Of a stretch of DNA of 64,000 nucleotides, positions 55,309 to 64,000 are shown one piece after another. This stretch comes from Candidatus Woesearchaeota archaeon. Its GTDB lineage: Archaea; Nanobdellota; Nanobdellia; Woesearchaeales; GW2011-AR15. The notes under the pieces were generated by a model. The model searched no databases, was not told the origin of the DNA, and worked only from the letters and a program-made list of their open reading frames with translations. The stretch lies in NCBI GenBank assembly GCA_038874655.1, contig JAVZBY010000002.1, positions 57,335 to 121,334 on the forward strand. Reading direction: 5' to 3'. Position 1 is the first letter of the stretch. The number at the start of each line of letters is the position of its first letter. Both the position numbers and the translations under genes were made by a program.

Positions 55309-57216
55309 TTATTCTTTGTTAATATTTTCTTTATCTTGCTTTTCATCTTGTGTATTTTTTTTAGTATCTATTTGACTATTTTCTTTGTTATCTTTAAACT
55401 CATTATTAAGCTCTTCTTCCACTTCTTTTTCTTCTCTCAATTTTTTATATTGCAGTAATATATCTTTATGAGTTTTTTGTATTAATAATAAACTTCTTTT
55501 TAAATTATTCAATTTCTTATTTTCATCAGAATCATCATTAAATTGGTAATTATTTATTTCTTCTATAGTGTTAATTAAATAATCTTGGCTTTCAATAGGA
55601 TATTTGCTTTTATTATTATGAAGTTCCATTATTGAAAATCGTATATCTTTTAAACAAACAGCTAAATTTTTATCAATATTTTTATAATTAATATAATTCA
55701 ATATATTTAATGCTTTAATCTCTTCTTTTCTTATTTCTTCAAATTCAATTTTTATTAATTTTTCTAAATAATCTTCATGTTCCAATATTGTTTTCCTTAA
55801 TTTATTTTTTTTCCTTTTTTCATCATAAACATAATTTTTTATAATTACATAAATAATTAAAGGAATTATAATTAAAATCATCAAAAATATCCAAACCTCA
55901 ATTTCACAAAAATAATATAAATACATAGAAACAGCAATTTCTAATAATATAATAATCAAAATAAAAACTTTTAGATTTCTGTTTAAATCATATATTTTTA
56001 TTAATTGTTCTATTTTTCTTAATTTTTTAAACTCCTTGCTGTTTTTAATTTTTAATGTATATGCTTTTCCTATTAAATATATTAATAAACTAAAAACAGA
56101 TGCTAATAAAACAAATAGCCATGGGAAATCACCACAACCCTTTGCTAAAAAAATAGCAATAGTACTAGGTTTTTCTAAGCTAGGTTTTTCACATGGCTGA
56201 CAAGGGCCTCCGCAATCTATTTGCTCTTCTCCTTGATTTTTAAAACCATCATTACAAGTAGGCTCTTCACAAATATTTTTAGTTGGATTACAAAAACCAG
56301 ATTTACAATCATAATCAAATAAGCATTTTTTACCTAAATCACATGGCTTGCATTTTAGACCTCCACAATCAACATCAGTTTCATCTTGGTTTCTTAAAAG
56401 ATCAAAACAGGTTCCTAAATAAATACAGGTTCTATTTAATTCAGGTTTTAAAAATTCTGTTGTACAATTATTTCTATCAAAACATTCTCTATTTTGAATT
56501 TCAGTTATAGGACATTCTTCAGGAAACCATTCACTACAAAGCCAATCTTCTTGACAATATGCAGATGTTAAATTTTGATTTCCTAAACCTTCTGCACTTC
56601 CAGTAGCATAACCCCCTGTGCCACCACCAGTACCACCTCCAGCACTAGCTCCACCACCTCCTGCAGAAGCACTTCCTTCTGTACTTCCAGTAGCATTGCC
56701 ACTTCCAGACCCTGTTCCAGATTGATTACTAGGACATTTACCACAATCTTCTTGACAAACAATACAATTTTCTGTAATTTCACAATGTCCATTTCCACAT
56801 CTAGGGTTAGGTGTTATATTAACCATTTGATAATTCAATCCATAAAAATCACTATACCAAACCGTATCTCCTATAGTTAATGCAGTTTCATTATTTATCT
56901 TAAAAATAATATTTTGTCCAAACACAGCACCTTCTATTTTGTTAGTATAATTGTCATCACCTAAACATGTTAAAACACCATAATAACCAGGATTTATAAT
57001 AGAAAAAGAACCACAACTTATATTTCCTGCATAAACATCAATCTTTGTTCCAACACTTAAAGGACTATTATTTAGATCAAGCCATGTTGCAGTTCCATAA
57101 AACTCAGTAGGAATAGGAGGAATAGCCGTAGAAATATATAATAAACAAATAAACAATACACTTAAAAAAATTTTAATAAACTCTTTCTTACTTATTTTTT
57201 TAATAATTCTTTTCAT
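55309..57216 (-). CDS. Surface protein: signal, beta-sandwich head, Cys motifs, Gly/Ser/Ala/Thr linker, TSR-like motif, CxDGxxNQ mini-domains, TMs, cytoplasmic coiled coil
   Basis: PIPTEFYGTATWLDLNNSPLSVGTKIDVYAG..GAVFGQNIIFKINNE. CGNGHCEITENCIVCQEDCGKCP. GTGSGSGNATGSTEGSASAGGGGASAGGGTGGGTGG. LCSEWFPEECPITEIQNRECFDRNNC. CFDLLRNQDETDVDCGGLKCKPC. CNDGFKNQGEEQIDCGGPCQPC. Confidence 0.75.
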   Translation of the reverse strand: MKRIIKKISKKEFIKIFLSVLFICLLYISTAIPPIPTEFYGTATWLDLNNSPLSVGTKIDVYAGNISCGSFSIINPGYYGVLTCLGDDNYTNKIEGAVFGQNIIFKINNETALTIGDTVWYSDFYGLNYQMVNITPNPRCGNGHCEITENCIVCQEDCGKCPSNQSGTGSGSGNATGSTEGSASAGGGGASAGGGTGGGTGGYATGSAEGLGNQNLTSAYCQEDWLCSEWFPEECPITEIQNRECFDRNNCTTEFLKPELNRTCIYLGTCFDLLRNQDETDVDCGGLKCKPCDLGKKCLFDYDCKSGFCNPTKNICEEPTCNDGFKNQGEEQIDCGGPCQPCEKPSLEKPSTIAIFLAKGCGDFPWLFVLLASVFSLLIYLIGKAYTLKIKNSKEFKKLRKIEQLIKIYDLNRNLKVFILIIILLEIAVSMYLYYFCEIEVWIFLMILIIIPLIIYVIIKNYVYDEKRKKNKLRKTILEHEDYLEKLIKIEFEEIRKEEIKALNILNYINYKNIDKNLAVCLKDIRFSIMELHNNKSKYPIESQDYLINTIEEINNYQFNDDSDENKKLNNLKRSLLLIQKTHKDILLQYKKLREEKEVEEELNNEFKDNKENSQIDTKKNTQDEKQDKENINKE

Positions 57217-57242
57217 CTTTTTTTATTATTTTGTTTTTTTTA

Positions 57243-58019
57243 TTAATTTATGATAAATTCTTGAGAGTTTATCATAAAAATCCAATAACCATAATTTACA
57301 TAAGTGTAATTAAAATTATTTTTACTAGGTAAACTTGTATTCCAAGTATATTCTTTCCACTTTTCTAAACCCTCTGATGCATTATACATATAAACATAAT
57401 CAAAATTTGGAATTAATCTTTCAAAAGTTTCATTAAAAGCTTTATTATTTAAACTAGGAAAACCAATTAAATTCCAACCAGGCACTAATCTAATTAAAGT
57501 TGGTGTAGCTAAACTTCCATTTATTTCTAGTTGTGTTTTATTTTCAACATAAAGCCAATATCCTTCTCTTCTTGAAATAAAACGCAAATCTTGAACTGTC
57601 CAATTTGGTAAATTAGGGTTATAACTTTTCCAAGGGTCGTTTAAATCATTAGGATCATAAGCAATTAAAGTTTCAAAACTTTTATTTTCTCCAAAAAATA
57701 AATTTAAACTCATATCATCACCCAAACAATTGAAAGAAATTAAATTCCAGCCTTTTTCTAAAGTTAAATTACAAAAATTTCCAACTTTTGTTAGAATTAT
57801 TAATCTAGTACCCAAAATTTGAAAACCTGTTATTCCTTTATACCCATAATTAAAATAAAATATAATATAACTTAAACTACCCAGCAAAAATACTAAAAAA
57901 AAGATAAAACTAAAGAATCTTTTATTTTCTTTTAAATTTATTATATTTCTTTTTATATTTTTAAATCTATTTTCAATCAATAATTTTCTATATTTTTCTT
58001 TTAATTTATTTTGCTTCAT
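57243..58019 (-). CDS. Membrane-anchored ectodomain protein with an internally duplicated GWNLI...GYW motif
   Basis: TM FFSFIFFLVFLLGSLSYIIFYF. LEKGWNLISFN..EGYWLYVEN and LVPGWNLIGFPS..YGYWIFMIN. Confidence 0.6.
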   Translation of the reverse strand: MKQNKLKEKYRKLLIENRFKNIKRNIINLKENKRFFSFIFFLVFLLGSLSYIIFYFNYGYKGITGFQILGTRLIILTKVGNFCNLTLEKGWNLISFNCLGDDMSLNLFFGENKSFETLIAYDPNDLNDPWKSYNPNLPNWTVQDLRFISRREGYWLYVENKTQLEINGSLATPTLIRLVPGWNLIGFPSLNNKAFNETFERLIPNFDYVYMYNASEGLEKWKEYTWNTSLPSKNNFNYTYVNYGYWIFMINSQEFIIN

Positions 58020-58028
58020 TTTTAATAT

Positions 58029-58292
58029 TTACTTTTTGTCAAATAATAATTTCAATTTTTTTGTTTTTTCATTCTCTTTTAACTTATAAATCTTAAATTT
58101 TGATATATATTTAATTTCTAAAAAATCATTTTTTACTAACTTATTAATAATTCTAAATGTAGTACTCAAAGGTACTTTTGATTCAATAGAAACTTTGTTA
58201 ATATGATAAAATTCATTAGGGTTTTTTAAAAAAATATTGATTATTTTTTCTGTTTTTTTATCAATTAAACCAGATAAAAAATTCATAACCAA
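58029..58292 (-). CDS. Small winged-helix DNA-binding protein
   Basis: FYHINKVSIESKVPLSTTFRIINKLVKNDFLEIKYISKFKIYKL looks like an HTH plus wing. Confidence 0.5.
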   Translation of the reverse strand: MVMNFLSGLIDKKTEKIINIFLKNPNEFYHINKVSIESKVPLSTTFRIINKLVKNDFLEIKYISKFKIYKLKENEKTKKLKLLFDKK

Positions 58293-58451
58293 ATAATTGT
58301 TTTTTTAATATATAAATATTTTCTTTTTTAAAATAAATTTTTTATTTTTAAAAAAATATTTTCATTTTTGAAAAATAATTTTTTAATAGATTAATTTTTA
58401 ATCTTATTAATACTAATTCACAAAATTAGAAAAAGTTTTATTATATATTCT

Positions 58452-60251
58452 TTAAATCTCACTACCACATTTTTTGCAATGCTTTGCTCTTAATTTATTA
58501 ATTTCTCCACATTTAGGACATTTCTTTTTCATTCCAAGTATCAATAGTATTAATATTATAATTATAATTAATGGGAAATAAACAATTATTTCTTTTAATA
58601 GTTCACCTGTCATAAATCCTATTCCTGTAAAGTTATAAGAAAATTCACCTTCTAAAATATTTACTAATGCCCTTTCTCTTTCTCCGTAATAAGCCCTTAC
58701 ATTAATAGTAGGATTATTTGCTAAATCTTGCTCACTCATCTCAACTTTTATTTCAATAAATACAGATTGCCCCTTTTTTATAAAAACAACCTTTTCACTG
58801 CCAACAGTTATTAATTCGTCATTTACATTTAAATCAAAAATTTCTAAACTTACAAAAACATCTGTATTTCCGGTATTTTTAATCTCTATTAAAAATTTGC
58901 CACTTCTTTTATCATACATTACTTTTCCAAATTCAATTTTACTAGAATCAGAAACTTCACTTGTTTCAACTGTAATTGTTTTTCTTAATGTGTATTCTAA
59001 TGATTTTTTTGATTCACCATAAATAGTGAAAACATCAGCAGTTATAGTTCCTTGCATTCTATCCAGAGGAGAACCGTCAGATTTTTTTGTGTAAATAATT
59101 GTTTTATATTGACCTTTATCAATAAATAATGCCTCCTCATCACCTAATATTTGAGTGTTTTCTCCATTATTACCATATTTTAATGTTATAGTTCCTTTGA
59201 AATATGCTGATAAATCAACTTTATTTTGATAAGTTAATTCGATTCTATTTTGTATTCTATTATAAACAATTTTAAAAATATCCAAATCTAGCATATATCT
59301 TGGCAAATAAAATCTGTCTAAATCTTCTACAGGTGAAATTGTAGAAGTTGGTTGTCTTGCTGATTGTGCAAATTTAACAAAAACACTAATGCCTAATTCT
59401 CTTCTAATAAATGTAGCACTTCCAATTAATTCATTTCCAATTAAAATTCCTATGCTGATATCACTTTTTTTTATATAATCTTTAACTTGGTCAGGCACAT
59501 TACCTCTTCCAATAAAAACAACTGGCTCTACACCAGACATAATCTCTTGTTCTATAAACTCACCATTAGTTAAAATTGCTTGTTTTTTAGGTTCACCAAA
59601 TAATTTTTTATGTACTTCTTGATATTTATCAACTATTTTTTGATTATTCAGAAATCTGTCTTGCTCATTTATAATTTCTGGTTTAAACTCATTTAGCTTT
59701 TCTTTAACTTCTCTATCAACTTGTCCATAAATTATCAATGAATTTACTGTTCTTGATTTTAAAAAATCATAAACACTATTAATATTTCTTTTGTTTGCAA
59801 ACAAAACATAAGATTTTGTTAAAGCTGCATATGGAGCTACAGAAATTGCATTATATCCATAAGAATCATCTACAACAATATAATCAATAACATTGTTAGG
59901 CAATCTTCTTCCTAACTCTAAATTAACATTATTTAATTTTAATTCTTCGACATAATTAAATCCCTTTGATTCTAAAACTGGTTTATAACCCACTACAAAA
60001 GGTTTTTGATTTGAACTAACTATTACGATATTATTATTTTTATTTAATTGGTTTATTAATAGTGTTGAATGTCTTGTAGATACTAAAAAAAAGGAATTTC
60101 CTCCATTTAAATTTGCGAACTGCATTGTTGAATATACATCTTGCCAATTAGCAGAATTACTAACAAAAGTTGTGGCTCTTTGTGAATAAACATCTGGCAT
60201 TATGAAACCTAAAATAAATAAAAACAATATTAAAAAAAATTTTTTTTTCAT
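58452..60251 (-). CDS. Surface protein with cell-wall-binding-repeat-2-like N-terminal region, Ig-like C-terminal region, TM and cytoplasmic zinc ribbon
   Basis: The preferred start is the ATG at 60251, with AGGTGG 5 nt upstream; the track lists a GTG start at 60284. SNSANWQDVYSTMQFANLNGGNSFFLV and DDSYGYNAISVAPYAALTKSYVLFA resemble CWB2 repeats. TM IIVYFPLIIIIILILLILG. CPKCGEINKLRAKHCKKCGSEI. Confidence 0.55.
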   Translation of the reverse strand: MKKKFFLILFLFILGFIMPDVYSQRATTFVSNSANWQDVYSTMQFANLNGGNSFFLVSTRHSTLLINQLNKNNNIVIVSSNQKPFVVGYKPVLESKGFNYVEELKLNNVNLELGRRLPNNVIDYIVVDDSYGYNAISVAPYAALTKSYVLFANKRNINSVYDFLKSRTVNSLIIYGQVDREVKEKLNEFKPEIINEQDRFLNNQKIVDKYQEVHKKLFGEPKKQAILTNGEFIEQEIMSGVEPVVFIGRGNVPDQVKDYIKKSDISIGILIGNELIGSATFIRRELGISVFVKFAQSARQPTSTISPVEDLDRFYLPRYMLDLDIFKIVYNRIQNRIELTYQNKVDLSAYFKGTITLKYGNNGENTQILGDEEALFIDKGQYKTIIYTKKSDGSPLDRMQGTITADVFTIYGESKKSLEYTLRKTITVETSEVSDSSKIEFGKVMYDKRSGKFLIEIKNTGNTDVFVSLEIFDLNVNDELITVGSEKVVFIKKGQSVFIEIKVEMSEQDLANNPTINVRAYYGERERALVNILEGEFSYNFTGIGFMTGELLKEIIVYFPLIIIIILILLILGMKKKCPKCGEINKLRAKHCKKCGSEI

Positions 60252-60337
60252 AAAGCCACCTTTTTTCATAAATACTAAAAACACGAACCAATTTTAAATT
60301 TTTCTATGCACATTGACTATCTAAAATTATTTTTTAT

Positions 60338-60739
60338 TTAATAACACTTGCATCTGCATGAATTACACTTATTAAGCTCTTCTTTAAATTCGTAGTTTAA
60401 AAGATTTTTTTCTTTAGACTGACAATAACTATAACATGCATTATTACACATATCTTCAGACGCTATTGTGTGTGTTAATCCATTTCCACCTGGCATTATT
60501 CCACATTCATCTATATAATCAAAGCTAATAATTCTAGGTTTTAAAAAAACAAAAAACACATATGTAATAAAAATCAATACACAAAGTATAATTAAAGCAA
60601 TTTGAATTCTCTTTTTATTTTTTATACTATTTTCATAATCCCCACTTATTTTTGAAAAACTTTCATGATTTTTATATATTTTTTTCTCCTTTAGCATATG
60701 ATCTTTTAGTAAATTATTTTCTTTATTTTTTTTTGCCAT
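60338..60739 (-). CDS. Small single-TM protein with a Cys-rich ectodomain
   Basis: TM IALIILCVLIFITYVFFVFL. The C-terminal 60 aa contain 10 Cys (..CNNACYSYCQ..CNSCRCKCY). Confidence 0.5.
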   Translation of the reverse strand: MAKKNKENNLLKDHMLKEKKIYKNHESFSKISGDYENSIKNKKRIQIALIILCVLIFITYVFFVFLKPRIISFDYIDECGIMPGGNGLTHTIASEDMCNNACYSYCQSKEKNLLNYEFKEELNKCNSCRCKCY

Positions 60740-60774
60740 TTTTTGTACTTAATAAATTATTTTTTATTAATTTA

Positions 60775-61068
60775 TTATTTTTTATCCTTTTTTAAACTTT
60801 CTATTATATTATTTATTATATTACTAAAAGGATTAAAAATTTTATTTTTAATTTTAGATAAGTTATAATTAAAAAAGAACCATTTTAAATTTTTTTTTAT
60901 GTTTTTATTCATAATATATTCATATTTTTTATGTAATTCATCTAATTCTTTTTTAAATTCTTTTTCTGTTTTTTCTTTGTTTTTTGATTTTTCAATTAAA
61001 ATTTTATATTTTTCAGTTAATTTTTCTTTTTCTTCATCATACCAATTTTCTATTTCATCATCTTCCAT
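60775..61068 (-). CDS. Small Lys/Glu-rich helical protein
   Basis: The 97-aa minus-strand reading is charged and helical. The plus-strand alternative (60899..61090) is a low-complexity Phe/Ser string. Confidence 0.4.
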   Translation of the reverse strand: MEDDEIENWYDEEKEKLTEKYKILIEKSKNKEKTEKEFKKELDELHKKYEYIMNKNIKKNLKWFFFNYNLSKIKNKIFNPFSNIINNIIESLKKDKK

Positions 61069-61113
61069 TTTATCTAAAATTTTTGATTAAGTTTTCAAAA
61101 TTTTTCTATATCT

Positions 61114-61962
61114 TTACATTGGGTCAATATGAATAAAAGCTCTATCTACATAAGGTAATCTTTCTAATTTATATTGAACTTCTTTTCCAATTCTATGAGA
61201 TTCTCTTGTAGAAAGATTCTCATTAACAACAATATGTATTTCTAAATGTAAAAAATTTCCAACATAATGAGCTCTTAAATCATGTATACTAATAACACCT
61301 TTTACTTTTTTTGCAATTCTTTCTATTTCTTTTATATTTTCAATGGGAGCACTTTTCCCCATTAAATAGTCAATATTCTCTTTTGCGATTTTATATCCAG
61401 AATAAAAGATATATAAACTTATTATTAAAGCAGAAATACTATCTAAAACATTTATTTTTATTATAGTTCCCAATACACCGATTAATGCAATAAAGCTAAC
61501 TAAAACATCATTTCTAGAATCTACTGAACCAGCTCTCAATGCAGGGCTATTTTCTTTTTCACCAACTTTTTTATAATAATATGACATAAAACCTTTAACT
61601 ATTATAGTAAAAACCAAAACTAGAATAGCATAAATCTCATAGGAATAAGTTTTTTTAATAAAAAATGAAATTATTGCATTTCTAAAAATTTCAAAGGCTA
61701 ATAAGAATGTAAATATAGATACAACAAAACCTGCAATTGGCTCTGCTCTTGAATGTCCAAAAGGATGATCTTCATCAGCTTTTTTATGCCCTATTTTAAC
61801 AGCAATAAAGATCCCTGTATAAGATATAATATCTCCTAATGAATTAAAAGCATCAGAAAGAACTGCTAGGCTATTAGACAATAAACCAACAATTATTTTA
61901 GCTATAAATAAGATTATATTTAAAAATACACCAATGATTGTTGTTTTTTCAGATGTTTTCAC
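61114..61962 (-). CDS. Cation diffusion facilitator (CDF) family divalent-metal efflux transporter, FieF/MntE-like
   Basis: LAVLSDAFNSLGD (TM2), ADEDHPFGHSRAEPIAG loop, GSVDSRNDVLVS (TM5) and a C-terminal cytoplasmic domain with IHDLRAH..LHLEIHIVV. Confidence 0.85.
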   Translation of the reverse strand: MKTSEKTTIIGVFLNIILFIAKIIVGLLSNSLAVLSDAFNSLGDIISYTGIFIAVKIGHKKADEDHPFGHSRAEPIAGFVVSIFTFLLAFEIFRNAIISFFIKKTYSYEIYAILVLVFTIIVKGFMSYYYKKVGEKENSPALRAGSVDSRNDVLVSFIALIGVLGTIIKINVLDSISALIISLYIFYSGYKIAKENIDYLMGKSAPIENIKEIERIAKKVKGVISIHDLRAHYVGNFLHLEIHIVVNENLSTRESHRIGKEVQYKLERLPYVDRAFIHIDPM

Positions 61963-62010
61963 AATTATTTGGAAAATTAATAACTATATATTATTTTTGC
62001 ATACTCAAAA

Positions 62011-62511
62011 TTAAGTATACAAAACCCCAACAACAAAATGGGTTATTTTACTCTTTTCAATAATTTCTCCTTCTTTTAATGAATCTCCTTGGACATAAAC
62101 TTTATCACCATAATCAGCTCTAACTCTATGGATTACTGCTTGTCCATTATCTCTCACAAATCTTACGATTTGTCCTGGTTTTATTTTTTCACCATTATAT
62201 TTTTTTTCAATTAGAGTATTTCCGTCAAAAATAGTTGGTTGCATACTTGGGCCATTAAAAATGCCATAATCATTAGCTAAAACATAAAACCCTTGTGGAT
62301 TCAAATAATACTCCAAATCATAATGACTTCCTTCGATAAAATTAAAATTTTGATTATCTTCAATTTTTTTTAATGTCTCATTAATATATCTAAATTTTTC
62401 TTTCATTTCATTAAAATTTTTTGCATAATTTATATTCAAAAATATTAAAGAGAGTAATATTAATAAAAATAAAACATTAAAAGTAAATTGATTTTTATCA
62501 TATATTACCAT
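62011..62511 (-). CDS. S26-family signal peptidase I-like protein, Ser/His (Sec11/SipW) type
   Basis: TM FNVLFLLILLSLIFLNI, GPSMQPTIFDGNTLI (catalytic Ser box), GQIVRF, AVIHRV (His box) and VYVQGDS. Confidence 0.6.
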   Translation of the reverse strand: MVIYDKNQFTFNVLFLLILLSLIFLNINYAKNFNEMKEKFRYINETLKKIEDNQNFNFIEGSHYDLEYYLNPQGFYVLANDYGIFNGPSMQPTIFDGNTLIEKKYNGEKIKPGQIVRFVRDNGQAVIHRVRADYGDKVYVQGDSLKEGEIIEKSKITHFVVGVLYT

Positions 62512-62536
62512 TTTGTTTCACTCTTTTAACTTATCT

Positions 62537-64000
62537 TTATTTTTTATTTTTTTCTTTACTAACTTTTTCTTTTATTGCATCATTGTATTCTTTTAGTATT
62601 TTATCATTTCTAAGCATAAATATTAAAACTATAATTAAAATAAAAATAACTATAATAGTGATTAATATACCTTTTTTATTTGCATTTATGTTTATCCCAT
62701 TTGAATTTATATCTTCTTTTATAACATCTTTATCATTACTTAAGTTATTTTTTAAACTAGAATTGCTTAATGTAATATTATTTTCAATAACACCAATATT
62801 AATGTTGTTTTCATTAAAAATAGTATCATTAATTTCTGCAATTACAAAATAACTAAATCCAGCTGTTTCTGATTCATAGTAAGTGTAATTATTATCTTTA
62901 TTAATTAAGGATGTTTTTAATTTCTCCCATTCATTATTTTTATATCTCATTAAATAAATATTTTTTTCATTTATCTTATTATCAATTAACCATTTTTTTT
63001 CTATCTTAAATTTAAGATTAACTTTTTCAATTTTCTCATCAGCTAAATTTTCTTTTTCTATTTTAATATATTTGTAAATTTTACCCTTGATTTCTTTAAA
63101 TTCTTTTGTTTGATTATCAACTTTCTCAACTATTATTCTTACATTATTAGCAGGATTCTTTACATTTATAGAAATTTCTGTTAAAGCAATTTCATTACTA
63201 TTTAATTTCATTATTGAAGGTTTTAATGGCATCATGACTTGCCATGTTTGAGATATCTTTGATTTTTCTTCATTTGAAATAAAATTTCCAGGGCTTCCAG
63301 AGCTTCCTCCGCTTGAATGAGAACCACCAGAGCTTCCAGAACTTGAGCTACAGCTTAATGTCTCTTCTAATAAAATCCCATAACAATATTTTTTTCTTAC
63401 TTTTTGATTATTAATACATTCACTATACTCAGACCAATCACTAAAACAATTTTCTAATTTTTCACTTAATCCATTAGTTCCACCATAATCATAAACAGAT
63501 AGATTATAACTATCAATAACTAAATCATTTATTAATGTTGCATTACAAATTAAAGTTTGTTTATTATCTAGTCCATAAACACAAGTTAAATTATCAAAAT
63601 TATAATCAAAATAACTAGAATTTGAATATAACCTTAAATTGATTCTGTTTAAATCTATCTCAGTTCCAGTTCCATTAAATGAAACATTCATTTCAAAAAT
63701 ATTGCTTTTTTGGTTATTTATGCTATAAGAAATAATCTTCGGTTTTTCATTATCTACAATATTATATCCAGAAAAACCACTAACTATAAAAGTTAGATTT
63801 CCTGTTCCATCTTCATTTGAATTAAACTTTGCATATAAAACACTATCTTCTTCATCATCAGGGAAAATATCATTAACCTCTATAAAAGAAAATGGAAGAT
63901 TATATAATGTAATTTCTGTTTGTGTATTAAACGCAGAAAATATATTTGTATTAATAAAAATTCTAGAACCCCCATAATAGCCTTGTTTTGCATTTTTTAT
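62537..64000 (-). CDS. Surface protein with a PGF-pre-PGF-like domain and C-terminal TM; N-terminus lies beyond the window edge
   Basis: The track starts at an internal Met (63691), but my translation shows the frame stays open to 64000. Motifs: CFSDWSEYSECINNQKVRKKYC; SSSSGSSGGSHSSGGSSGSPG linker; ISINVKNPANNVRIIVEKV..IYKYIKIE..VNLKFKIEKKWL..IYLMRYKNNEWEKLKT..YYESETAGFSYFVIAE; TM GILITIIVIFILIIVLIFML. Confidence 0.7.
   Translation of the reverse strand: MKNAKQGYYGGSRIFINTNIFSAFNTQTEITLYNLPFSFIEVNDIFPDDEEDSVLYAKFNSNEDGTGNLTFIVSGFSGYNIVDNEKPKIISYSINNQKSNIFEMNVSFNGTGTEIDLNRINLRLYSNSSYFDYNFDNLTCVYGLDNKQTLICNATLINDLVIDSYNLSVYDYGGTNGLSEKLENCFSDWSEYSECINNQKVRKKYCYGILLEETLSCSSSSGSSGGSHSSGGSSGSPGNFISNEEKSKISQTWQVMMPLKPSIMKLNSNEIALTEISINVKNPANNVRIIVEKVDNQTKEFKEIKGKIYKYIKIEKENLADEKIEKVNLKFKIEKKWLIDNKINEKNIYLMRYKNNEWEKLKTSLINKDNNYTYYESETAGFSYFVIAEINDTIFNENNINIGVIENNITLSNSSLKNNLSNDKDVIKEDINSNGININANKKGILITIIVIFILIIVLIFMLRNDKILKEYNDAIKEKVSKEKNKK

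Noticed and set aside
60899-61090. 63-aa plus-strand ORF
   Set aside because: It is a low-complexity Phe/Ser/Ile string antisense to a more protein-like Lys/Glu-rich minus-strand ORF (60775-61068). It also runs against the uniformly minus-strand gene orientation of this segment.

Overview
This 64-kb window is very AT-rich (by eye about a quarter GC, not computed) and densely coding. I could not recognise any rRNA, tRNA, CRISPR array, transposase, integrase or reverse transcriptase. Several features suggest an archaeon, plausibly a small-genome DPANN-type lineage, though that is inference. They are a PGF-pre-PGF-like domain, a Ser/His (Sec11/SipW-type) S26 peptidase, single-domain KaiC-like ATPases, many tiny ribbon-helix-helix (RHH) genes, TTTAAATA boxes and GGTG/GGAGG ribosome-binding sites.

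The window is essentially one large cell-surface and signalling island:
- **1.3-19.6 kb:** two cassettes of the form small RHH genes -> ATPase -> very large TM-ectodomain-TM-coiled-coil proteins. One cassette has a membrane-embedded HerA/FtsK-type ATPase with its own ~570-aa ectodomain. The other has a KaiC-like ATPase.
- **19.6-28.2 kb:** a signalling block with a PAS/GAF protein, an orphan solute-binding protein, a HAMP protein, a Cache + 2xSBP histidine kinase, a receiver and a P-loop-less RecA-like protein.
- **29.8-49.5 kb:** wHTH gene -> a 4,796-aa secreted giant -> a 620-aa Cys-motif protein -> a 917-aa mini-paralogue of the giant.
- **52.4-55.3 kb:** an operon of three small secreted proteins. 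Two of them are homologous to the C-terminal ~190 aa of the giant and of its mini-paralogue.
- **55.3-64 kb, minus strand:** more surface proteins plus a CDF transporter and an S26 peptidase.

The most interesting signals are three shared modules:
- A conserved HVNxxKNDFxxWIxDV module occurs in four proteins, including the ATPase C-terminus.
- The tail module shared by the giants and the small secreted proteins suggests a fibre with tip adhesins.
- A CxDGxxNQxExxxDCGGxCxxC mini-domain occurs in two genes that bracket the locus.

All family assignments come from motif reading only; no database search was possible.
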